Origin: Stramenopiles sp. TOSAG23-3
Taxonomy: Eukaryota
DNA length: 47,889 nucleotides
NCBI GenBank assembly: GCA_900128585.1
Contig: LT642166.1
Location: forward strand, 1 to 47,889
Direction of reading: 5' to 3'
The position numbers and the translations under genes were made by a program. This document shows positions 10,310-19,934 of the stretch, piece after piece. Within the stretch, counting starts at the first letter, position 1. Each line of letters begins with the position of its first letter. Below the pieces are notes generated by a model. That model was given only the letters and a program-made list of their open reading frames with translations, did no database searches and was not told the origin of the DNA.

Positions 10310-11383
10310 TCAGGTTTTGAATTCAACCGTTCGTTGCTCGTTTGGTGGTAACGCTGTGAACTTTGATGTTTTTCGCGTAGGGGAAAGATTCATGTAGCAA
10401 CCGTTACAGACGGGCTTCCATACGTTTCCTATTTTACTTCTTGTTGTTGCCTCATTTCTATGGCAGTATTTACATGGATTGATTAGATGACCCACCGTCG
10501 TACCAGGGTTAGTAGTGCCTCTATTCCCAGACCTTTCTACATTGCTATGCGGGCTGCGGCGTCCTCCGCCGTGATCATTGTTGGAAATCGCGGATGCACT
10601 AAACTCAATGTCTGAACCAGCGTCCAGGGCAGACACCGCTTTAAACGACTTTCGCCGGGAAGGGGCGGAGGAGAAGTTTTGCTGCTCTACAATCAGCTCC
10701 CGGCATGCATCACAGACAAGTATCCAATCATTTCCGACTTTGGATTTTGAAGTTGCAGCAGTACCACACAACCCGCAAAGCGGAGAATCTTGCGATGAAG
10801 CAAAAGATGCACTGCTCGACAAAAACTGACCACTCGCGGCGGATGAGTCTGTGTTTGGGTGGAACGATTTCAGCGAGACCAGCATATCCTCGGATGCATT
10901 TGATGATGGGATCGTCTTCAAGCTTTCAGATGGCGACTGCAAAGCAGTGAAAAACTCTGAATTGGGCGTTGAGGACGCTCCTGTGCTCGCTTGTTGAGTT
11001 GCGCCGTTGCCGCCCGATATGTTGGACAATGCAGAATTGTAGCGTTTAATGCTATCCAAATTGTCCGGGTGTTTTTGGCGATAAGCATCGCATGCTTCTC
11101 TGATAGCAAAGTTCGGTATGAGATCTTTGTTTTTCATGTTATCCCCAGTCATCGGGTTTGTATCGTTGTTCGACAACCAGGCCGTGATAGCGCTTCTCTC
11201 AAAGGTATGCCCATCTGCAGTAAAAACGGGGTCGGTCATTAATTCCTGAGTTATGGGGCACACAAGAAAATCGGGGGGTTCCTCGGGAAGAGAATTTGAT
11301 AAGTTCTTTTGCTCGGCCAGACCAGGCGTAGCCACCGACCCCCCAGCTTCTGTATCTTGCTTCTTCGAACTGCCACCCCCCAT
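10310..11383 (-). CDS. Predicted N-myristoylated U-box E3 ubiquitin ligase with two CxxC...CxxC repeats
   Basis: MGGGSS start; U-box PPDFLVCPITQELMTDPVFTADGHTFERSAITAWL...TNPMT...LIPNFAIREA. Confidence 0.9.
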   Translation of the reverse strand: MGGGSSKKQDTEAGGSVATPGLAEQKNLSNSLPEEPPDFLVCPITQELMTDPVFTADGHTFERSAITAWLSNNDTNPMTGDNMKNKDLIPNFAIREACDAYRQKHPDNLDSIKRYNSALSNISGGNGATQQASTGASSTPNSEFFTALQSPSESLKTIPSSNASEDMLVSLKSFHPNTDSSAASGQFLSSSASFASSQDSPLCGLCGTAATSKSKVGNDWILVCDACRELIVEQQNFSSAPSRRKSFKAVSALDAGSDIEFSASAISNNDHGGGRRSPHSNVERSGNRGTTNPGTTVGHLINPCKYCHRNEATTRSKIGNVWKPVCNGCYMNLSPTRKTSKFTALPPNEQRTVEFKT

Positions 11384-11884
11384 TGCAAGTAAGCCAAAAT
11401 TATTGCTCTTGCAACGTCACGCTCGTTATTTTGGATTTATTGGAACCATCCCCTTCTTATACACTTCGGGATTAAGGATTTCAAAAGCTTACATCAAACT
11501 TATTATACTTATTGAATCAGTGCAATGGATCATTGGAGAGCGGAATCGACAAATTCTGTTTTAAATTTTAAGAAAGAGAGAGAATCGTCTCGTCTTGTTT
11601 TACTGAGACGAACAGTTCGAAACACCACACTTGGAAAAATGCACGGGTAGAATAATAGAAAAGACTAACTAAAAATAATAATAAAATGTGTATTAGGGTA
11701 GGCAAAGTAATGAAAAGTTGGTACGTACCGGTAAATAAATATTAATATACACACAGCAAGGTTGCTGCATTTTATTAAATAAAAAAAAGTGTCGTCTTCG
11801 TTCTTCTTCTCAAAATTGTTATTAAATACAAAAAAAAGGCGGTTTTTAATGTTAAAAGTACCACGGTTTTCGTACTTTGATATT

Positions 11885-14380
11885 TCATTTCTGCTTGGAC
11901 CTGGCCCTGGACCGTAATTCCGAGATATTTTCATCTTCGACATCTTTAGAGGCATTTCCTTCGTACTCAATTTCATTTAACGTCTTCAAGCCCCCATCTG
12001 CAGTCCGCAACGAGTAACGATCAATTACCAAGCTTCTCTTTTTCTGAGTCTCCTGCATGGCCCGAAGAAGCAAATTGTTGGAGTTCTGATGTGCTTTGGA
12101 GCGAATCATTGCCGAAGTTCGGATTTTACTGGTAGCTGCTGCACGCCGTTTCTGACCGTCTGTCATCTCTATTCGTGGAGTTTCGATCCTAATGTTGAAC
12201 TTCGACATTTGTTCGTTGGCAGCAGACTTGGAGGTAGCCGAATTCATGGAATCATCGAGAACTGTGTTTTCGTTTGTTCCTATCCCACGGCGAACAGTAT
12301 CTACGGACTTCTTAAGCTCAGCAAACCCTGTGGAGATCTGATCGACGAGCACTTCCCTCTCTTGGTCACTGCTTTCTCCTGACAGCGGTACACTTGATGT
12401 AGTATGGCCTTCGTAATTAGGCTCCTGTTCACCCAACCAAGATTTCCTTCTGTTGTCATACCCCGCAGCCCCCAAGGTTCTGTTTATAGAGTTTCTCATG
12501 TCATTTAAACCGATAATAAGCTTGTCTATCATGTCCGACTGCTCGGTGAATACTGTGAAATTTGTTTCGTACTCTTCCTCTTTTTCCTCCAGTGTGCGGA
12601 GACGCACCCGTTCTTCTCGTTCTGAAGAGTGCCGTGCAGCGTGGGTTACTGCAGTGGTTGCATTCACCATGTCGAGATCAATGCGTTCTAACTTTCGTTT
12701 CGATGCACCGATTTTTGTGTTTAGCTCCTGGACATCACCTGCCATCGTTTCGATGGTTTTGTCGTGGTTCAACATTCTATTGTAAAGTTCATCCGGACAG
12801 TCTATCTTGATTCCACTACGTTCGCTCAAAAACTCTTGAAGTTCTTCAAACCCCATCTCAACGGACTCCGACGTATCCTTTTGAATTTGAGATATTAAAT
12901 TTCTCATGCCCTGGGCATGGTTTTTCTGTTTTTCGTTTTCATCCAGCACCTCTTGTATACTTTTTGAATTAGGCTGCCCGGCAACTTTCTTTAAATCGCC
13001 TCGTCTCTCTTCGCGCAGATGGAGCCAACGTTTGAACCGTTCCTGCTCTCGGATATTGCCGTGCCGTATCGCAAGAGCTTTTCTACGGTTCACTTGGTCG
13101 AGCTCAAATTCATTGTCCATGGTAACCATGCGCTGTTCGGAGGTTATGGACGATCCTAACAATTGGACTTTAATCAAGTGAAAACGTTCCAGGTGCAACT
13201 GTACTTCTTTCAGCGCGCTTGCTACGTATTCTAAGCGGTTTGCGTCCCTCTTGTAGAGCTCCTTCTCTCGCGCCAGTACGTGATAAAGGATCGGCGTGTA
13301 CCGTTTTGCATTGTCGGTATTTTCTTCCCCGGAAACAATGCCTTTTTGAAGTTTACAAAGAAAACTATATTCCTTCTCCGTCGCAGCAGACATGACCATG
13401 GCACGCTGACGGTGGTTGCGCACGTACTGGTGCAGTATAGATTCTGCAAGATCATCTAGTTTAGTTTCCATCATTTCTTTTACTTCCAGTGCTTCTTTGT
13501 TTCGTTTTGATTTTGTTTCAATCTCTTCTTTGATAATTTTCTTTTCACGTTCAACGGCGTCGTTCTGTCTTCGGAGGAACACAAGCCGGTCTTCCAAAAC
13601 TTTTTCTGTGCTTAGTCGCGTCTGCAAATTTTGCATAACATCCCTGTTCATGTGATTTAATATTGTTGTATGGCTGTTTTCAACAATCTGCGCCATTTCT
13701 TTTACCTCTTTCTCGTCTTTCCCCACAATTTTGTTGTTTTCTGCAGTCAGTATTGAAGTAGCATCTAAAATTGCATTTTTAGCACGTTTTTGTTTTACAT
13801 ACCTTTCGTACTTGAACTGCCTATCTTGCCGTCTTGCAGCCGCTTTCGCTTTCAAATTTCCCTGGGCCATCGACGCAACAATATCGTCCATCTCTTTTGT
13901 CGGTATCGCTGTTAAGTTCGAGACTGTAGATACAATATTTTCTTGGGGAATTCGAAGCTGAATGTCTCCCCGGTTTTTAATCATTTCAACAAAGTCAGCG
14001 GCTTTCATTCTTGTATCAGTTTCTTTGGAATTTTCCGTTGACGATGCCACGCGGCTGGCATGGGATTTTGCCGCCGCCGTCGGCATCGAAGCTCCTTTCT
14101 TCAGAGGATCTTTAGACTTTGGTCTCACAGCGTTGGGACGCTTTGAATTTTCACGTTTATTGCCCTTCCTTGGTTTGGCAGTTTTACTCTTCTTGATTGC
14201 AGCATCCTTAACCCCTTGGTATGGTTTCTCATATTTTGTCCGTCTTCCAGGCCTGCTCTTGTTGTCCCCCCCCCCCCGATTGGTTTCGAACATGTGCTGC
14301 AGTGCATTGTTCCGCAGTGACTTCGGCATTGTAGGTCTAACGGGCATACGGATTCTTTGAAAATCAAAATGTATGGGCAT
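11885..14380 (-). CDS. Long coiled-coil protein, possibly outer-dynein-arm docking complex (ODA-DC1/CCDC151-like)
   Basis: ORF of more than 800 aa, heptad-rich. Segments SGIKIDCPDELYNRMLNHDKT and FNIRIE loosely recall ODA-DC1/CCDC151, but the family call is weak. First ATG is at 14380 and the frame is open to about 14536, so the 5' end is uncertain. Confidence 0.7.
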   Translation of the reverse strand: MPIHFDFQRIRMPVRPTMPKSLRNNALQHMFETNRGGGDNKSRPGRRTKYEKPYQGVKDAAIKKSKTAKPRKGNKRENSKRPNAVRPKSKDPLKKGASMPTAAAKSHASRVASSTENSKETDTRMKAADFVEMIKNRGDIQLRIPQENIVSTVSNLTAIPTKEMDDIVASMAQGNLKAKAAARRQDRQFKYERYVKQKRAKNAILDATSILTAENNKIVGKDEKEVKEMAQIVENSHTTILNHMNRDVMQNLQTRLSTEKVLEDRLVFLRRQNDAVEREKKIIKEEIETKSKRNKEALEVKEMMETKLDDLAESILHQYVRNHRQRAMVMSAATEKEYSFLCKLQKGIVSGEENTDNAKRYTPILYHVLAREKELYKRDANRLEYVASALKEVQLHLERFHLIKVQLLGSSITSEQRMVTMDNEFELDQVNRRKALAIRHGNIREQERFKRWLHLREERRGDLKKVAGQPNSKSIQEVLDENEKQKNHAQGMRNLISQIQKDTSESVEMGFEELQEFLSERSGIKIDCPDELYNRMLNHDKTIETMAGDVQELNTKIGASKRKLERIDLDMVNATTAVTHAARHSSEREERVRLRTLEEKEEEYETNFTVFTEQSDMIDKLIIGLNDMRNSINRTLGAAGYDNRRKSWLGEQEPNYEGHTTSSVPLSGESSDQEREVLVDQISTGFAELKKSVDTVRRGIGTNENTVLDDSMNSATSKSAANEQMSKFNIRIETPRIEMTDGQKRRAAATSKIRTSAMIRSKAHQNSNNLLLRAMQETQKKRSLVIDRYSLRTADGGLKTLNEIEYEGNASKDVEDENISELRSRARSKQK

Positions 14381-14543
14381 TCGTAGTATTTGCTCAGAAT
14401 TTGAAGGTGTCTCTGATTCATCGAATTCCGTGTAATTGCTATAATTGCTGGATGGCCTAGACGTTCCGCTGGGTCCACTGGACTCGATCACGACAAATTG
14501 CTGAAGACCATAGATAAAATTAGCACTCAATCTTTGTTATTGA

Positions 14544-14813
14544 AAAAGACACGAATGGGCAAGGTGCCACGGCCAGGGCACTTGCCTTTGGGACAATTTG
14601 TCCGAAAAGTTTTTTTGCGAATGCAGAACAGGGTTTGAAGGAGAGTTTTGCAAGGAAAAGCTATGCCCCAATAAATGTAACGGCAATGGTGATTGTATGA
14701 ATGGTGAATGTTTTTGCAACGTTGGATTTTGCGGTCAAAGCTGCTTCGCACAATGCGACACTTCCATGTCCAAGAAAATGTTTGATATTTTTAAAGTCCT
14801 TCAACAAAAGTAA
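14544..14813 (+). pseudogene. Start-less fragment encoding two tenascin/teneurin-type EGF-like repeats
   Basis: RCHGQGTCLWDNLSEKFFCECRTGFEGEFC then CPNKCNGNGDCMNGECFCNVGFCGQSC. In-frame TGA at 14541; no ATG or signal peptide upstream of the repeats. Confidence 0.7.
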
Positions 14814-14918
14814 AAGAGATCAAATTAAGTGCCTCGTAGAGTAATGATAAGAGTTAAATTTGTAAAACTAACTAAAATTAAAAAAATTGGCTGTGTGTTA
14901 ATTAAGCAATTCTCATGT

Positions 14919-15116
14919 GTCAACGAAATCCTTGGCGGCGTCCGGTCGACGTGCACTAACGTGGGCGCGTCTCGGGCGAAGGAGTTGCCGAAGCGCACCA
15001 CGTTCATTCGCTGCACGCAGCAACTGAACCCCGTATTTAACCAGATGAAGCAGGTCACGAAGCGGGCGGCGGAAGCTTACGGCATGGATGGAAAATCGAA
15101 GAAGCAAAAAAATTGA
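14919..15116 (+). pseudogene. GMPR: C-terminal fragment of GMP reductase
   Basis: [40 protein letters not shown] matches the GuaC/GMPR C-terminal pattern ILGGLRS(T/A)CTYVGAxxLKELxxRxTFIRVxxQxNxxF. The rest of the enzyme is absent. Confidence 0.85.
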
Positions 15117-15419
15117 AGATCAACAACCAACAATATTTACACGGAAAGTGCTGATTTTTGAGTGAGAGTACCAAATATTTAAAAAAATTATATAGTATGT
15201 TACCAAATATTTATACAGGCCTGTTTTTTGGCATATTATAATATGCACAACCGCCGTTGTTTATATAAAAAATTGAGAGGTTCATTAGTTTTTCGGGACC
15301 TGTAACCTAATTCGTTCTTCTTCTTACTCGGCTTAAGCCGCGTGCTGCTCAACTTTTCCCGCGCGGCCACCTTTTAAATGAAATAATAACACAGCAGTGA
15401 AATCAAAACGAAAATGTCC

Positions 15420-16991
15420 CTATTCTTTCCGGCGCTCTCTTTCAGACTGCCATACGGCAAGAACTTTGTAGAGCTCTGTAGCGATCTCGTCAGACAAAGA
15501 CTCCGACCTTTGTCGCTCGCTTGCAACCTCTTCCTGCAACGAAAGCACAACCTTCTCGTTCTTCTTGTGAATTTCATGTTTTTCGTTTGCCCACGTGGAC
15601 CAAACGTTTTTGTCTAACCCATCGATAGTGCTTTTGTTTCCCGCATTTTGCGGCGCGTTTGGGTACATTAAGGCTCTGTTGTGAATGGAAGCTCCTCCTA
15701 CCCCGTACTGTTCATGGCGACGACTGTCGGATGTACGGGCTTGCTGTTTTCCCTGCGATATCTCCAATCTTTCAATTACCCCATGCATCTGTTCTAGGTC
15801 AGCCGCAAAATTGGCCGCAAGTTTCACCAAACCCTCCTTGTTCATGCCTTGAATCTTTGATTGCCAAACGGCCTGGCATGAAAACCATCTCATATCACTA
15901 AGCGCTTGACCTATAAGACGCGGAGTGGCCATGCCTTTAACATATTGGTATCTGCCTGTTTTATTTTGCATCAAGTATATATCTTCCGCCGCATTTTTCC
16001 ACTGCCAATCATCTACCAACCATTTTGTTTGAGAAAGCATGTTTTTTAAATCGTGGAGGTTTGCTGCACCCTTTGGCGAAGAAGTAGCAGCGGTCAGCAC
16101 ATGGTCCGAGTACCCGGCAAATCCATGAGACTGCAATTTACCCCTGCGACGATTTATTGCCCACTGGGCAACCTCTTTGTGTGTGTAACCACGCCTTTGT
16201 TTGTCCGTGCGCTCTAGTACCATGCGAGAGTGACGCTCATCCATCAGGGTGGCTTGAGTGGAGGCCAACTTATCTTCAGCGTTTTTCAATTTAATAGATA
16301 AAGAAGAGTCCGACATTGTCTCAATTGCGGCGCCTATATGCGATTTTAAAACCGAACTTTCTCTTTCCAGCTTTGCATTATGGTCTTTTGCAAATTTTAG
16401 ATCAGCTCTGAGACTTCTATTGATATGCGCCTCGTTCGCGAGGGACGAACGAAGCGTATGGACCTTCTCCAGCACTTGATCTACAGATATGTTTTCCCCT
16501 ATTTGCTCACTGAGTTTTTCCAGCTTTCCAGAAAAAAGATCAGCTCGGCGACGCTCTTCACTGACCTTGTTTGTCAGCAATAACACGGATTTCTCCAAAC
16601 CCTTTCCCCCGCTCTCATTTAAGCTCACTATGTTTCGCAGTGCGTCGTTTTCTTCCCGGAGTTGAGAAATGATCTTGCCTTCATAATAGCTTGTGTGCGA
16701 TGTGCTACTTGTTTCTGTGTTACTGGCCGTGTAGACTGATTGGAGAAGTTGGATCTCGCTCTGTGCACGGATTAGCCTTGTGCGGAGTTCCACTGTAATA
16801 AAGTCCGTCAAACCTTCTGCCATTTGCATTTTGACTTTGTTGTCGTACAAATGATTTAATTCACAATACAGTTTTGCGACCTTGAAAGGATTATCTCGCT
16901 CGCAGTCGACTTCTATTGGAAGTGTTACGAGGCCAGCAATGGTTTGATAGGAAAAATCATACAGACTTACGTCTGCGGGCTTTCTTGTCAT
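15420..16991 (-). CDS. Hypothetical coiled-coil protein
   Basis: ORF of more than 500 aa; first ATG (MTRKPADV) at 16991; small N-terminal helical motif (DNPFKVAKLYCELNHL) followed by coiled coils. Confidence 0.75.
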   Translation of the reverse strand: MTRKPADVSLYDFSYQTIAGLVTLPIEVDCERDNPFKVAKLYCELNHLYDNKVKMQMAEGLTDFITVELRTRLIRAQSEIQLLQSVYTASNTETSSTSHTSYYEGKIISQLREENDALRNIVSLNESGGKGLEKSVLLLTNKVSEERRRADLFSGKLEKLSEQIGENISVDQVLEKVHTLRSSLANEAHINRSLRADLKFAKDHNAKLERESSVLKSHIGAAIETMSDSSLSIKLKNAEDKLASTQATLMDERHSRMVLERTDKQRRGYTHKEVAQWAINRRRGKLQSHGFAGYSDHVLTAATSSPKGAANLHDLKNMLSQTKWLVDDWQWKNAAEDIYLMQNKTGRYQYVKGMATPRLIGQALSDMRWFSCQAVWQSKIQGMNKEGLVKLAANFAADLEQMHGVIERLEISQGKQQARTSDSRRHEQYGVGGASIHNRALMYPNAPQNAGNKSTIDGLDKNVWSTWANEKHEIHKKNEKVVLSLQEEVASERQRSESLSDEIATELYKVLAVWQSERERRKE

Positions 16992-17479
16992 AATGATCTT
17001 TTTCTTTTCACACGATGAGCACAATATGCGTTTATACCAGCAGTCAAGTTTTTCGCATTTACACGAAAGATTAAGAAGAGCAAGTCATTTTTCTTCGATC
17101 CGATTTGGTTTAAAAGAAATTAGTCCTTTTTGTTTCTTAACGAATTTAATTGACGAACCACCATCTGTTGAACTACGACGCGGAGGAGATGATACCGTAG
17201 ATAGAAGAAGAAGTTTTTTTATTTTTGTGTCGTTACACCTGCTGTTGTAATGTAGCGGTCCTTTTATTTTTTGTTGTTGTGGAGCCGTTTTTTTGTTGGC
17301 AAATACAACTCACGAATTCCTTCCAACTTATTTTTTATGAGTACTATGAAATTTACCATAATCTACGAAAAACACACAACAGTATAATATATAATACGAA
17401 TATATAGTACTATTGAGTTTATTTACCCTATTTACAGATGCATAGAATATTGTTATTTTCCACCTCCTACCTAAAAATA

Positions 17480-19075
17480 CTACGGTTCACCAGGAAATAT
17501 TTTTGCGTAAGTGTTCTCTCCCCCACCATTCAGTATCAACCCAAGCAAAAGCATTAGGAAGGAGAATATAGAAAACCCGCAAAAAAAAAATTTCGCTACT
17601 AAAACTACCTTTGGCAACTTGAAAACGGGAAGGTTGGGCAACTCTAAGGTTGTATCTGATCCAGTTGGTTGGTATGACTCGTGTGCCTCTTCGGCATGGA
17701 ACTCGACTCCGGTCTCTTTTTCTGGATGTGCATCAGTGTACATGTTTGACAGGTTGCGAAACGGGGAGATGAGAAGCCAAAGTGCATTTTCTGCCTCGAT
17801 AATTTGGGATATCAAAGCGTTCTTTTTCTCTTGCATAGACTGCAGCTGTCTGGAATAGAAATTAATTTTTGAGTAACAAACGCGAAACTCTACAGTAAGT
17901 TCACCTCGCACACTGCCCTCATTCATCAATTCCAATGTCAGCCGCTTCATGTCGGAAGCATCCTCCTCTTCGCTCGGCAAGATACTCGCAATATTAACGC
18001 TTACTTCACCGATAAGTTCATCGTTCATTACAGTATCATTGTCGAAAACTTTAAATATCACGACCCCACCTCGTTTACGCAGGGGAGTAAACACAAATTT
18101 TGTGTTCCACATGGGGCTTAAATTGTCCCGGACAACCCTTGTTTTCTTCTCTACCGGACTATCTTTGCTGCCACCTAAAAATTCTTCCCCATTTGCACCT
18201 GGGGGCATAGACACGGAAACGTATGGATTTGCGTTTTCTTCAAAGTTCATGGGCGAAAGTTTTGAGGCCCTAATAATATTTACCGTAAGTTCGCCTGCCG
18301 GTTTGCCGCCCTTGTCCATCATGATTCCATCTAGAGAGAGCTTTTCAGAACCTTTATATTTCAGCAGACTGTTGTGTACTCTCTCGTACTGTTTTAGCGG
18401 CGTTGAGGCAGACGATTTTAATATGTCCCGTTTCCCCTTAGTTTCGTTGTAAACAGTCATAAATGCCATGAGAAATTCATCCTCCGAAATAAACCCATTA
18501 CCATCCGCATCTGCAGCTCGTGCAATGCGATCTCCAGCAGTGAAATACGCGGTAAAAAATTTTGGGGCTTCTTTCCTAAGATCCTCATGGTCTGAATGGA
18601 GCATCCAGTCATGGATGGTTTCTCCAACAGCCTTTTGAACTCTTAAACGAGCGTCGGCAAAGTTTGACGATGAAGTTTCGCTTTTTTCTAGATGCTTGAT
18701 ATCGATAGGGCCAACCACCCTTTTCGACTGCCCATCGTGGATTTGGACGTAGGCAGCACTGTTCACAACACGGTGAACGTTTCCAATAGCACCTTGATTG
18801 GTTCCCGGTTTTTTTATTGTGACGAGGGCGCCTTTGTCGTCTGGGCCAACTGACCGCAGCAATGAGTTTTTTGTATTTTCAATTTTCATCTGAAGGTCCA
18901 ACGATCGCCCATGGCTGGACTTTCGTTTTACAATGTCCAGCGTCTGTGTCTCCACATGCGTCCTGATGCAACTTACTAATTCAGTGACGGGGATTTCTCC
19001 TTCTGATTCGACATCAAGCGACTTGAATGCGTACGAAAGTGTTGACGCAATCTCGGAAGAGCTTATATTATCCAT
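17480..19075 (-). CDS. EF-hand + C2 domain protein with coiled coil and C-terminal TM anchor
   Basis: EF loops DVESEGEIPVTE and DADGNGFISEDE; C2 domain LTVNIIRASKL...ANPYVSV...KKTRVVRDNLSPMWNTKFVF...FKVFDND...ELIGEV; hydrophobic tail FFFCGFSIFSFLMLLLGLIL. Confidence 0.88.
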   Translation of the reverse strand: MDNISSSEIASTLSYAFKSLDVESEGEIPVTELVSCIRTHVETQTLDIVKRKSSHGRSLDLQMKIENTKNSLLRSVGPDDKGALVTIKKPGTNQGAIGNVHRVVNSAAYVQIHDGQSKRVVGPIDIKHLEKSETSSSNFADARLRVQKAVGETIHDWMLHSDHEDLRKEAPKFFTAYFTAGDRIARAADADGNGFISEDEFLMAFMTVYNETKGKRDILKSSASTPLKQYERVHNSLLKYKGSEKLSLDGIMMDKGGKPAGELTVNIIRASKLSPMNFEENANPYVSVSMPPGANGEEFLGGSKDSPVEKKTRVVRDNLSPMWNTKFVFTPLRKRGGVVIFKVFDNDTVMNDELIGEVSVNIASILPSEEEDASDMKRLTLELMNEGSVRGELTVEFRVCYSKINFYSRQLQSMQEKKNALISQIIEAENALWLLISPFRNLSNMYTDAHPEKETGVEFHAEEAHESYQPTGSDTTLELPNLPVFKLPKVVLVAKFFFCGFSIFSFLMLLLGLILNGGGENTYAKIFPGEP

Positions 19076-19934
19076 CTGTATAAGATATGTAAACGGTTTA
19101 ATGTATGCACAAACAATTCAAATATTTACTGTCCAATAGGGGTGCAAATAAAGCCAATGAAATTGAATTTCAAGTTGTGCATGCAATCATAAACTAATCC
19201 AAAAACAAAACTAATCATAAACTAATCCAAGAACAAACACAACCGCCCTTCTCCATTCTCCTCCCTAACTGCATGAGTGAACCAACAACCCAGTTCAAGT
19301 AATAACGGAATTTTAAGTACATATAAATAGCACCTACAAACTTCTGATTCGATGGTAAAATGTATTTTATATACTTGAAGAAGGAGGACACAGTAAGAAG
19401 AATTTAATACAGCAGGGAAATAGTGCAAGGGAGGACGGAGAATAATAAAACAGAGAGAAGATCGAATGCCTAAATATTTATGATAAGGATTAAATTACAT
19501 ATTTTATAATTATTTTAATTCTTAAAATTTAATTATTTTGTATATTTAATTATATAGATAGTTATTATATATTAAATAGTATACCTACTCCTCGTATACT
19601 ATTTTTACAATTTAATTATATCCTTAATTATCCTTCATCAGATGAAAAACAAGATACTAAATCTAAATCTACTATTAATTGTATTACTCACGACGTCAGC
19701 TGTAGTATTATTAATAGACAAATACAACTAGATCTACTACGAGTGGTGGTGTGTGATGCTTCTTGGTCAATGAAACAATTTTGCAATGACATGATGGACT
19801 ATTTGCAAGAAACGGACGGTGAGAATGAAAAATTGAACGAGGAGACGAACGCGTTGGTGTTAAACCCCTTTGTTCTGAAATAAAACAGTGGAACTTATAT
19901 ATTCAATCAGCACGAACCAACCACACGTGTTACA

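Noticed and set aside
14810-14906. Possible intron fusing the EGF and GMPR fragments into one protein
   Set aside because: Weak donor (GTAAAA) and the junction is out of frame with the GMPR reading frame.
19185-19237. 28-bp-period direct repeat AATCATAAACTAATCCAA
   Set aside because: Looks like a local slippage duplication, common in these spacers; no evidence of function.
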